Shown here: piece by piece, positions 24,912-36,939 of the stretch | Layout: each line of letters starts with the position of its first letter | Position numbering within the stretch: the stretch's first letter is position 1 | Origin: Prorocentrum cordatum | Taxonomy: Eukaryota | Direction: 5' to 3' | Assembly (NCBI GenBank): GCA_963575745.1 | Contig: CAUYUJ010000188.1 | Location: forward strand, 1-64,000 | DNA: 64,000 bases | Program-made: the position numbers and the translations under genes | Notes under the pieces: generated by a model | The model's database searches: none | What the model was told of the DNA's origin: nothing | The model's input: the letters and a program-made list of their open reading frames with translations, nothing else

Positions 24912-26371
24912 CGTTACTGTTGGCTAAACAAAAATCCCCGGCACCCGTCCAGATCCCGCCCAGACCCCCTGGGGCGTCAAGATGCTCTCTTTTGACACCA
25001 CTAGAGGCCTATCAGTCTTCGCTGTTAGGTAAGAAGAAACACGGCATAACATAAACTGCTGGCGCTACACGCGGATCTCCCGGATCTGCGCTGGACCCTC
25101 GAGACGCCTCCGGGGTCGGCTGTCGATCACCGTTCACTGGGACGCGGAAAGACACACTGGTACCATACGTCCTCCTCGGGGGGGCGCGTCCGACCCGAAC
25201 ATACAGTATACCCATCTCGTAGCATATCGTTTCCCGAGCGGTGTGGCCAGAAAGAGCCTGCCACGACGCATATACTGTAAGGTTTCTCGGTGCGCGCGTC
25301 GCCCCGGGGGAGGCGACGCACACATACAGGCCTCCGAAAAAAATAGCGAACACTCATGCCACATTCGTCTGTGAACGCCTCCCCCTCCCCCCAATGTTCA
25401 AAGTTGGCGGTGGGTCCGATGAGTTGCACCTCGACCGCAGTCTCCCCCGCGCGTGCCAACTTTGAGTTTGGGGGGGAGGGGGAATGTTCAGTAATTGTTT
25501 CCCTCTACCGTGGTATTAGTATGGTGGGGTGGCGCCGATTCACTGCTCAAAGCCAGTCAGCGCTGTTCCGGCACCACTTGCGCTGCCGCGCGAGCCCGCC
25601 CGTAGCCTCTGCAAAAACACCGCGCACTCCTCCAGTGCAGGGGCCTCGGCCTGAAAGGGGGAAACCGGTGTGGCGAAGAAGGATCCCGCGATTGCAATAG
25701 GCCTGGCCACCCCTCCGCCCTCGTTCCCCTCCTCCCCTCCCGCCTCCTTCCGGCAGGTTCGTGTCGTGCTGGCTGCGGCGCTGGTTCCTGACACCGCGAG
25801 GATCGTCCAGCCTTGAACGATCGGCCGTTTCAGAAACGCCGGAGCATTCCACGATGGGCTGACTGTGAGTCGCTGGCGGCGCTCAACGTTGAACGCTGGC
25901 GGCGGGGTCGCCAACGGCCGACGCGAAGCAGCCAGATCCCCCTGCAAGTAGACGGAGGTCCCGACCCCTTCCTCGGGCGCAAGTTTTCGTCACGGGCGGC
26001 TGCGCACGTGGACGGGGGCGCATGGCGAGGGCTCCGTGTGCCCAGACAGGCTCCTCCTCCTCCTCCTCCTCCTCCTCCTCCTCCTCCTCCTCCTCTTCCT
26101 CCTCCTCCTCCTCCTCCTCCCCCTCCTCCTCCTCCTCCTCCTCCTCCTCCTCCTCCTCCTCCTCCTCCTCCGCCCGTTTGCCGTGGTCCCCCAGGCCAGA
26201 GGCCAACAAAACAGTCGAGGGAAAACGCCAGGATGGAACAGATAATCTCGCTGGACATCTTGAAGCCGAGCCTGATGATGATGATGATGATCATCATCAT
26301 CATCATCCTCCTCCTCCTCCTCTTCTTCTTCTTCTTCTTCCTCCTCCTCCTCCTCCTCCTCCTCCTCCTCC

Positions 26372-26404
<33 letters not shown>

Positions 26405-26618
26405 GCATCATATCATCATCATCATCAGCATCATCATCATGATGCTGATGATGATGCTGATGATGATGCTGATGATGATGCTGATGATGCTGATGATGCT
26501 GATGCTGATGCTGATGTGATGATGATGATGATGATGATGCTGATGATGATGCTGCTGCTGATGATGATGATGATGATGATGATGATGCTGATGATGATGC
26601 TGATGATGATGATGATGC

Positions 26619-26662
<44 letters not shown>

Positions 26663-28325
26663 GCCCACGTGTCTCGGGCGAGCATTGTCCGACTACGTAG
26701 TAACCCTTGCTGCAGATATTCAAGAGGTGCGCCCGCTCCCGCCGCGCAGTCTCCGGCGGCGGGCCGTGGCTATCTCTCCAGCAGGATATCCGATCCGAGG
26801 GGTCAGCCTGTAAAGATCCTGCGAACCGCGTCCACCCCAAACGAACGACGCATTGGCATGGCGCTCGGATAGCTGGCCAAAACCCATTGGAGATCCAGGA
26901 TCTGAAGATGGAGGATCCCTCGTATCGGATACCTTGTCGGGGCTGGAATGGAGCAAACCAGCACGTCGAGCCACCCCCCAGAGATCCCTGCCCGTCACAC
27001 CTTCCTCCTCCCGCTCCTCCTCATCCGCCCCTCCCCTCCCAACGTCATGATTCTTTCAATGGCGCGACCCCAGAGGTCTGGGCCGCTTCCTGGGGCCCGG
27101 AGGAGGAGGAGGAGAAGACAGGAAAGAGAAGAGAGGCGGAGGAGGAGGAAATGGAGGAGGAGCAAGAAGGGGAGGAGGGGTAGGTAGGACGAAGAGGTCG
27201 AGGAGGAGGAGGAGGCGGAGGCGGAGGAGGACCCCGAGGAGTAGGATCGTTTGCCGACGGCCCCTGGGCCCTGGGAGGGCCCCCCGGGGCCGAAGACGAC
27301 CCCAAAAGAAGCCTCCCGTCGTCGGGCCTCTCGCGACGCGAGGGTCCCTCACCTCCCCTCCCCTGGCCTCCCCGCCCCTCGCCTCCCCTCCCCCCCCCCT
27401 CCCTTGGGCGCCTCCCCTCGCTTCGCACGGAGACAGTGGGCACGACAGTGGGCACGAGAAATGGCCACGACGCCGTCGCCCCCCCGGCGTGCTCCTCCTC
27501 TTCCTCCTCCGACTCCTCCCGCGCCCCTCCAGGGGCAAGAGAGGCCTTTTGGCCTCTGCAGGGCGCAGCCTGCGGATCGCTGCACGCGGCCGGAACGAGC
27601 ACGTCAGCAGCGCGAGCACAAACTGCCGGATTTGGACGCCCGACATTGGTACCCCTGAGATCCTGGCGACTCGATTTTTTCGAGACGGGCGTTTTCGCCT
27701 CTTTTCGGGCCCCAGGGCCCTCACAGATCGATCCGGCTTGAAAAATGATGCAGAAAGATGGGCTCCGGGGCTCCAGGCGCGGCTTTTCACGATGTTGCCA
27801 TTTGTTCGCTACGTCTGATCTCAGGGACGGAAGAAATGGGTACGACGCCGAACAACACATGTTGTCCAAAATCGACAGCGGCCGCTGTTGGGCAGGCGGC
27901 CGTCTGTCTCAAGTGCGAAACCGACAGCCAGTCCTGTGCCAAACGGACAAGAATTCCTGTCGGTATTCGTACCCATTCTTTTCGCACGGCTGGACCTAGG
28001 ACAAAAGAACGTCCTCCAAGAACATCAGGACCCTCCGCCGGCCAAGCCGGAGAACATTCGAGGGCGCCCTCCCCCAGGATGAACAAGAACAATCAACAAG
28101 CACGAAGAGCATCATTGGCGGGCGACGACCAGTACAGCATAAACTGCTCCGCCGTCGGGGACGCCTGCCCCCAGGGCGCCTGGAAAGTCCGTACCCCTAC
28201 GTGGCACCGTGTAGGGGTACAACCTTTGCGGCCGCCCGGGGGGCAGGCGTCCCCGAAGGCAGAAGAGTTCCTCTCGCGCCGTCCTTCGCCCCCCGACGTT
28301 GGAGCACCCTCCCCGCACCCACCTC

Positions 28326-28485
28326 TGATGGGCCTGTTTTCCACCACCACCTCGATCAGTTGGGGGGGGAGGGGGTCTTCCTCCCCCTCCTCTTCTTCTT
28401 CTTCCTCCTCCTCCTCCTCCTCCTTCCCCACTCCTTCCCCACTCCCAACTTATGATGGTGGTGGTGGTGGAAAACAGGCCCATCA
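28326..28485. mobile_element. MITE family A copy
   Basis: Same TIRs with a 5-bp TSD, ACCTC. Further copies at 32491-32609, 49074-49261, 62760-62899 (CCTCC/CCTCT) and 63663 (cut by the N gap). Confidence 0.85.
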
Positions 28486-29330
28486 ACCTCGACCTTCTGG
28501 GGATCTACTGACCCAGGTCCGTCCAGACCAGGGCCAGTCGAGCCTTGCAGAATCCTGCAAGATCCTGCAGGATCCTGCAGGGTCCTGCGCCCAAGCCCGG
28601 GTCGGTGCACCCCTGGCCCTGCAGCATCCTGCCAGAGCCGGCGCTCTGACACCGACCCCCGTGTTCTTCCACCACAGACCCCTGGCGTCCTGACTTCTCC
28701 ATGACGTCGACCCGCAGAGGTCTGGACCCCCTTCCCGGGACCGGTTCTTTATCCCGAATCGTCTTTTGACGGCCCCGGGGCCCGGCAAGGGCCCCCAGAG
28801 GGAGAAAACTGCGAAAAACCTGCCGCCGTGCTTTCTTCACGGCGCGAGGGGGTTCTGGGAGGAGGAGGAGGAGGAGGAGCAGCAGGAGGAGGAGGAGACG
28901 GAGGAGGAGGAGGAAGAGGGGGAGGGAGGGGGCATCGCCGTCACCATCGCCGTCGCCACCGCCGCTGCCGCCGCCAGAGGAACAAAACACGGCATGGGCA
29001 TAAGCTGTCGGATGCCCGCGTGGATTTCTTGGGTTGGCGCTGGACCCCCTTCCCTCGCGCGTGGGTCTAGCACCGATCCAAGAGATCCACGCGGAGCTCC
29101 GAGAGTGTATGCCTGCGCTGCGTTTTGAATAAAGGATCGGCTATATAATTGATTTGCCCCAACAGTTGTTCTCTCGTCGAACCTACGGAAAAGACCTATA
29201 AACCCAATATATTTGCGCACATTCTACGTCTTCGTCGTAGATTCGATGGTGGAAATCAAGTTGGGGATAAATAAACTCTGTAGTCGACCCCCTACTCGAG
29301 CTGTATCCTCTTCGAGTCGCGGGGCCGAGC

Positions 29331-29453
29331 CTTCGCGACGCGCACGTTGTCGATGTCGAAGTTGCTGGGCCTGGGCGGCATGGCCTTGACGCACGCCTCC
29401 GCGACCAGCTTGGCCAGCGGCCCCTCCAGGCCCAGCTGCTTGGCCGAGATGGC
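29331..29453 (-). CDS. CCT8: CCT8 exon B (AISAKQLGLEGPLAKLVAEACVKAMPPRPSNFDIDNVRVAK)
   Basis: ggag|GCC acceptor and AAG|GC donor. Matches CCT8 'SKQ.G.E..LA.L.A.AC...P....F..DN.RV.K'. All 41 codons end in G or C. Confidence 0.95.
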
Positions 29454-31697
29454 CTCCACCACCCCCCGCCCCCCTCGGGCCGCGGCCACGTCGGTGGCCA
29501 GCTGGCCGCGGAACCGCCAAGAGGAGTCTCCCTTGCCCCCTCGTTCCTCCTCCTCCTCCTGATCCTGCTCCTGCTCCTGCTGCTCCTCCTCCTCCTCCTC
29601 CTCCTGTTCCTTCTTACCCTCCTCCTCCTCCTCCTCCTCCTCCTCCTCCTCAGCGTTCTGGCCTTCAATGCTGGCCGCTTCCTCGTTGGGTGCGGGCAAG
29701 TGGTGGACCCGTGTTTGACTGTGGGCCATGTGTTGGAGCGTCGGCCGTCTTGAAGGGCACTTAATGTCGGCAACTACTGCTTTCCAACAAGAAAAACAAG
29801 AGCTCGACGGTCCCGCCGGGTCCTGGGTCCTCGGCCGTGGGCTTCGGGTCCCAGGTCCCTAGGCTTCGAGCCCCGGCTACGGGTCCTGGCTACGAAGTCC
29901 CGAATGCCAGGTCGCGGGTTTCGGGTCACGGGTCCGGGAGTCCCAGGTCATCCCAGGCGTGGGGTCCCCGCTACGGATCCCAGGTCCCAGGTCCTGGGTC
30001 TCAGCTGGCGCGCTTCGGGTCCTCGCTGCGGGTCGAAGGTTTCGGGTTCCGACCTCCGGGTCCCGGCTTCGGGTCCCATGTCCTCTTCCGCAGTCTCTTT
30101 TTCAGACTGTTCCTCCTCCTCCTCCTCCTCCTCCTCCTCCTCCTGCTCCTCCTCCTCCTCCACCTCCTCTCACCATTCCTCCTTTATGTCTTCTTCGTAT
30201 AAACAACTCCTTCCTGTCGCACCCCAAGAGTTGTTGGTAGGGCCGGCCGGGCGCTTTGCCTGAGACTTCCTCACCACGTATAATCCTGGAGCTTAGAAGT
30301 TGAAAGAGCTTCACGGATGGAGGGCGGGCAGGCCTCAAATGTGTCTCTCGCCTTAGCGCCGTGCACATTCGTCTGAAAGTTCGCGAGAGCTTCGCGGACG
30401 GGAGCGTGAGTTTGCATCAGAATGTGGCTCTCGCGTTAGCCGCCGCGCACATTCGTCTTAAGTTTGCGAGAGCTTCACGGATGGAGGGCGGGTGGTTTTC
30501 CCAATGTGGTTCTCGCCATAGCGACGCACACACTTCCCGTCAAAGTTCGCAGAAGCTTCCACGGATGGAGGCGGGGGGCGGGTGGTGTTCCAGAAGCGGC
30601 TATCGCCTTAGCGCGCGCGCACACGCTGTGTAAATTGGCAAGAGCTTCACCGGATGGAGGCCGGGCCGTTTTCAGAATGTACACGTCGTTATTTCTAATC
30701 GTGGTCATTTCTATTTGTGCTGGTTTTTAACTGTTCCTGGGCCCTTAGTGGCCAGGGAGAGGCCCAGGACAGAACAACCAGAAATGAAAGGATCCTCGCC
30801 CCAAAAAAGTTGAGACGTTCGAATGATTAGAACAGAGCAATGTGTAGCTCTAGCGCCGCTCGCACTCGTCTTGAAAAGGCTGCAGAAGCCTCACGGATGG
30901 AGCGGCGCCTCTGTGGAAAATGTGGTTATGGCCTTGGCCGCCGCGCGTACACGTTTATCAGATTAAGCAGTTTCAAGGCGTCTGATGGCAGACGCCCCAG
31001 AAACGATATTCTGGCACGCTTTAATACAGTGGGGGCATTGAACCAGGAAACCCTTAGAGGAATCCAGGGTCTGGAAGCCAGTGGAAAGCCAATCGTGGAT
31101 TGGCCATGGATATCACTGCCGCCCTCATCAGATAAAGAAGCCTCCAGGGCCTGAAGCCGCCTGGGCACGTTCCTTAACGAACGCCCCCACCATAGTTTCA
31201 GGGCGCAACAGTCGCGTTGATTCGCGGTGTGGAAATCCAAGCAATGGCAATGGTGTTCTAGCGCGACTCGGGATCGTCGAGGCGCAACAGTAACGTTGAT
31301 TGTCGGCGCTGAAGTCCCGGGCTGGGTGTTTCGGTATGGCTGAGCATTCTCAGGCGGCTGTCTTCCAACGGGGCATTTCCTGCAGTGAGAATGTACTCTT
31401 ATTGGGACCTATGAAGAGGGAACTTGGAGGGAGGGTTGACGGCAACATCGTTGATGCGTCTTGGGTTTACTGGCCCGCGTCCTCCTCCTCATCCTCCTCC
31501 TCCTCCTCCTCATCCTCCTCCTCCTCCTGCTCTTCTCTTCCTCCTCCTCCTCCTCCTCCTTCTCCTCGTCCTCCTCCTCCTCCTCCTCCCATTAATAGAT
31601 TTGCTCGCAATCGTTACGAATCCGAATCCTCCTCCTCCGCCTCCTCCTCCCCCTCCTCCCCCTCCCTCCTCCTCTCCTCCTCCTCCTCCTCCTCCCC

Positions 31698-31729
<32 letters not shown>

Positions 31730-33252
31730 CTCTCATATAGATATTGTTCGCAATCGTTCCGAATCGAATCCTCCTCTCCTCCTCTCCCTCCTCCTCCTCC
31801 CCATCCCCCTCCTCCTCCTCCTCCTCCTCCTCCTCCTCCTCCTCCTCCTCCTCCTCCTCCTCCTCCTCCTCCTCCTCCTCGGTCCCTCATCCCTCCTTCT
31901 TGCAATTCATTCCTCCCTGTCGCACCAACAGACGTATTGTCACCAGGGCCAGACGTTTCGCCTGAGACCTTCCCAACGTCTACGAACTTGAAGCTTGAGG
32001 TCTCCAACGACTACACGGATACAGAGCGAATCGTTTTCACAATTAGGCTCTCGCCTAAGCGTCGAGCGCCCTCGTCTTTTAGAAACATAACCGCTGCGCT
32101 GACGGGGAGCGGTAGGTTTTGCAAATTGGATTCTCGCCTTGGCGCCGCGCAAACTCGTCTTACAAAACAACATATTACAACGACGGCAGTAGAGTGGTTC
32201 TCAAAGTGGAATTCACGCATTGGCGCCACGCACACTTGTTGCTAATGTGCTACATGGGTGGCGACGGTTCCTTTTTCAAAATGGCGGTCTCGCTGGAAAC
32301 TTTCCCAACATGCAGTGCCGCAATTCTATCATGATGTGCCAGTTGCACGTCTGGAAGGCGCTTCTGGCTCCACTTCCACACGGGGCTCTCGGTTGAGACT
32401 GCGGCGGGCGCGATGACCAGGCTGCAAGCATGCAACAGCTACACCGGTAGTCTACGATTCCTTTTCAGAGCAGGACTGTCGTTGGGTAGCTGATGGGCCT
32501 GTTCTCCACCACCACCACCACCACCATAAGTTGGAGGGGGAGGGAGTCCTCCTCCTTCTCCTCCTCCTCCTCCTCCTCCTTCTGGTGGTGGTGGGAAACA
32601 GGCCCAGCATCTTGAACCTTCAGTTGCCGCATCCCCTATGGCTCGAAGGGCGGAGGCCCGTCGTGTGCTCCACGCAGCGCTACCGCGCAGCATGCGGGCC
32701 CAGAGGGCGCCCGTGCCTCTCAGAGGGAGCGCTTCGCGCAGCGACGAAGCATGCTTACACGAGTATCCTTCAGCGGCGTGGGCTGGGCCCCAGCAGCCGA
32801 TGTACCCCCCTGGATGGGGATACAGGTCGTTCCCTTCGGATTTCGAGGGGTGTATCCGCAACTGGGGGGGGTAATTTGGGTGGCGGTCTCGAAGGGGATG
32901 GGGATGGGGATGGGGATCGGTTAAACGATACCGGTTGCAGGGACCGGTGAGGAGGAAACTTGGGGCGCAAGGGTCCAGGGTGTATTGCTGTATCGTTGGT
33001 GCATGCTGTGTTTACCCTGGCCCTCGTCCTACATGTGTGCAACCGTGTGTGGAGGGAAGGGGAGAGAGAGGGAGGGAAAAAGCGAGAGAATGAGAGAGAG
33101 GGAGAGAAACCTCAGAAAATTGCAAAAACTAAGGAGTGGGAAGAGGAGAACGACGACGAGCAGCTCCAGAATATCACTTGAGCTATTGCTCGTCTCGGCC
33201 TCCTCCTCCGTCTCCTGCTCGTCTCCTCCTCCTCCTGATTCTCCATCCCCTC

Positions 33253-33360
33253 CGTCTTGACGCACTTCTCGACCTGGTCAACGTCTTTATAGTCCGTAAT
33301 CGACCATGCCTTCAAGGGCGTCAGCATGTCAAGGCACTTCTTGTATGCGAGATCGTACCC
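33253..33360 (-). CDS. CCT8: CCT8 exon A, the most 5' exon found (GYDLAYKKCLDMLTPLKAWSITDYKDVDQVEKCVKT); an internal exon with no start codon
   Basis: cgcag|GGG acceptor and ACG|GA donor. Matches CCT8 'GY..A..K....L..L.......D...V...' and joins exon B in frame. Confidence 0.9.
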
Positions 33361-35251
33361 CTGCGGGCTCGCGCATGCTATTCTCTCCCGCAAGGCAATG
33401 CCATTTCGCAAGGGCGCCTGTGCAGGTCAACAGATCACGAGGTGCGCGACCATAGCGTTCTGTCTCTTTCTCTCTCTCCCTCTCTCTATCTCTTTCTCAC
33501 TTCCTCTCTCTCGATGCACATGTACAGATATTATTCTTCTAGCACCTACATATCTATACATATTCATATGCTCATAGTATAGATGCATAAATATACATAT
33601 TTGATTTTCCACATATATACATGTGTATATATAATTGTATATATAGATATATGTATATGTGTCGCGATGTGTGTGTGTGTGTGTGTCTCAGCTCCGTTCT
33701 CATCTATCGTATCTCCCTCTCTCCCTCATTATCTCTCTCTCTCTCTCCTCCCTCTCCCTCTCTCTTTCACTCTCGCTGTGTACGTAGGAACCTGCAAGTA
33801 TATACATACACTTACTAGCGTGGACCCCTGACAGTGGGTCTGTGCACTGTGGGTGTTAGCTATGTGCTGCAAGCCACTCGGTGGAAGCGTGCAAGCAATA
33901 TGGTGTAAGCTACCAGGTGGAAGCGACATGGAGGAAGATAACAGGTGGAAGCTACGTGGTGTCAGATACGGGCGACAGCAATGCTGCACAAGCTATAACA
34001 TGTAAGCATGGTGTGCAACACATTCGATGTAAGCTATGAGTTGCAAGTTGTGTCATGCTAGCGATGTGTTGTCAGGCATGTGGTGCAAGCAATGTAGTAC
34101 AAGCAATGTGGTACAAGGTATGTGGTACAAGCTATGTGCTGCAAGCTATTTGGTGGAATGTATCGGGTGCACTGTACGTGGTGCAAGCTATGTGGTACAA
34201 GTCATTATGTCATGCGATGCAACAAGCTATGAGGCGGAAGCAATGTGGTGGAAGCGATGTGGTTGAAGCTGTGTGATGGAAGGTATGTGGTAAAAGGTCT
34301 CTAGTGCAAACATTGTTGTGTGACCTATGTGGTGCAATCCATGTGGTGTAGACCACATGGTGAACGCTATGATGTGCAAGCTGCGCGTTGGAACTGTGCG
34401 GTGGAAGCTGAGTGGTGTGAGCTGTGCGGCGCCAGCTGTGCGGTGTAAGCTATGTGATGCAGGATACGTGATGCAAACTGCGTGACTGTGGTGCGAAGTA
34501 CACAGGGCGGCGACAGGGCGGCGACGGGCGTCCACGAGACGGCGACACGGCAGCCACCAGGCGCCCACTGAGTGGCGACGAGGCGGCGACGGGGGGCCAC
34601 GAGGCGGTGTCGGATGCACACGAGGCGGCCACGAGGCGGCGACGGCGGGCGGCAAACGGGCGGCAACCTGAAAGCGCTGACCGGCGCTCGAGGCGGCGAC
34701 GAATCGGCGCCGAAGCGGCTGCTGGCGTTGACCTGGCGGAGGCCCATGCCAAGTGCCGCGAGCACTCACGAGAGCGTCTTAGCGCAAGCGCTGCTTTGGG
34801 GAATGCATGCGCCCTTCTCTCTCTCTCTCTCTCTCTCTCACCACGATCTATGCCACCAGCCCTCTGGACGTAAGTGGTTCAGCGCACTTCCTCCTCCAAC
34901 CCCCCTTCCCCACACCCCCAACGTCGTGACTGTTTCGCAACGTCGACCCCAAAGGACTGGACCCCTTTCCCAGGACCGGTGTTTCATCTTGAGTCGTTTT
35001 TCGACGGTCCTGGGGCCCAGTGAGAGCCCCGGTAGGCCGAAAATTGCGAAAATCCTCCCGTCCTGATTGTTTCACAACGCGAAGGGGTCTGGGTCTTCTC
35101 CTTCGGGAAGGCTTCACTACCCCTCCACATGCCCCCCGGTGTGACACGTCTCCCGTTGCCTGCGGACCTGTGAAAGCTGGCAATCTGGGCGGTGCCCAGC
35201 CCTGGCCAACCGAGGAGAGAAGGGCGCCCGCTTCGGCGACGACCACGACGA

Positions 35252-35284
<33 letters not shown>

Positions 35285-35584
35285 TAAGGACGACGAGGAC
35301 GACGACAAGAACGACGAGGACGACGAGGACGACGAGGATGAGGTACAAGTGAAAACCTTGGTCGGACCCTTGCATTTACTGATTGAGGTGGGGCCTCTCT
35401 GAACTCTTTTGAAGCGCTCTTGGGTTGCTCTTGGGGCCCTGTTGGCGCTCAGGTTGGGCCGTTTGGGGGCTCCTGTGGGCTCTACTTGGAGCCCGGGGAG
35501 CCATCTTGGGGCGGCCTTGCGACCAGCGTGGCGTCAAGTGCAGGTGGTCTTGTGGGCCTGTTCGCGAGTAAGAGCTCTCTTGTT

Positions 35585-35773
35585 GGAGGCCTGGACATGG
35601 GCACCAACACCGACACAAGAGGTTGCCTCCACAGGGATAAGATGATCCGAGATCAGGTGGTTGGTGGTACTAGGTCGGCCACTTAGAATTACCACCATCA
35701 CCGAGATCGGGAGCATCTTCCCTCGGTGAAGGCACACCGCCGATCTTGGTGTCGGTGTCAACCTCTAGGCCTC
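35585..35773. repeat. Dispersed ~190-bp inverted-repeat element; copies at about 43604-43805 and 55272-55465
   Basis: Shared GGGCACCAACACC...GATCC.AGAT...CACCATCACCGAGATCG...GGTGTCA.C.CTAGGCCT sequence, in the same orientation. Confidence 0.8.
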
Positions 35774-35862
35774 CGATCTTGGGACCTTCTTGGAGCCCTC
35801 ATGGCGCGCTTTGGGAACCTCAGGGGGGCATCGAGGCTCAGTCACTCGCGCGCGCGGGAAGG

Positions 35863-35970
35863 CTGCACCGCCCAGAGGCGGTGCAGCAGCTGCCGCGGGC
35901 TCGCGAGCGCGATGACGAAGCTCAGCGCCGGCACGACGTCGTCGGCGCCGATGACGATCTGTTGTCCTGC
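35863..35970 (-). CDS. Exon encoding the core of a VPS9 (Rab5-family GEF) domain; boundaries approximate
   Basis: AGQQIVIGADDVVPALSFVIALASPRQLLHRLWAVQ resembles the VPS9 signature 'GADD..P.L.(F/Y)V...A.P..L' (GADD at 35938-35949). Codons are strongly GC3-biased and an AG|G acceptor precedes it. Confidence 0.65.
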
Positions 35971-36804
35971 CTTGCCGAGGCCAAGGCGGAGACCACGCAC
36001 GCGGGTCCCGTGGCCGACGAGCGGCCAAAGGGGCTGGTGGTCACGGCGATGGTGGCGATGCTTATTTTTCGCGATCGCACAGAGATTGACAACGCGGCTG
36101 GATTTGATGACCGCAATCTCTACAACATTGCACCGACACGCCAGCAGTGTGCCAGCCGCTGGTCGACTCGTCGGCGTTCCAAATGGTACGGACAAATAGC
36201 CTCCCGTCACGACAGAAACGCAGCGGCCTGCCGCTGCACAACTCTGGATGGCCGCCCAGGAGTGCGCCCGCAGAGCGGAGCGAAAATCAAGGACCCCTGG
36301 GGCGACGAGAACGTAGACACCAGAAAATGAGGGGGGGAAGTTGGATGATATCGAGGAGCGGCACGAGCGGATGGAGGAGGAGGAGGAGGAAGAGGAGGAG
36401 GAGGAGGAGATACTTCAGAAGCAGAATGGGGATGATGGAGAGGATGAGGAGTCCACCGACCCCGTCGGCGTGTATGAGGGGGTCCTGGGGAGGTAGTCCC
36501 AGCGTGGCCCTGCGAGATGCTTCTCCACTCAAATCCTTCCCCCCTTTCCCTGCGGCCGTCTGAGCTTCCCCCCCATCTCGAAGCTTTCCCCCCCATTCCC
36601 ATTCAAGGCTCTCCCCCCGTGGCAGCCCGAGGCGAACCGGCTCAGGTCGTCATCGGGCCGAGGGAGCGCCACTCACCTCCGGTCCCTGCCCCGCCAGGGC
36701 GGGGGTCTGGGCAGGGGGTTCTTTGGGGGGGGGAGGGAGGGTCGGGGGGGGGGAGGCGGAGGGCTCCTGGGGGAGGGGCGCGCCCCCCCCCCTCCCCTCT
36801 ACAT

Positions 36805-36939
36805 TTAAGTCGGGCACGTCCCTCTACAGGAGAAATACTCAAGAATAGTCAAACAAATGATATGGGGACGATTTTGTTTTTTTGAGCATCTTCTGTTGTT
36901 CGTCCCAAACCCCCCTGTAGGAGGACAGGCCCGACTGAA
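36805..36939. mobile_element. MITE family E (TIR ..AGTCGGGC..GTCC...TACAG), 8-bp TSD, hAT-like
   Basis: TSD CTCTACAT/CTCTACCT. A second copy at 53166-53505 has AGATAGGG/AGAAAGGG. Isolated ends occur near 15895 and 54345. Confidence 0.65.

Noticed and set aside
30640..30665. GLHP peptide on the minus strand resembling CCT 'GLHP'
   Set aside because: It is part of the 84-bp tandem unit and lies downstream of the exon it would have to precede.
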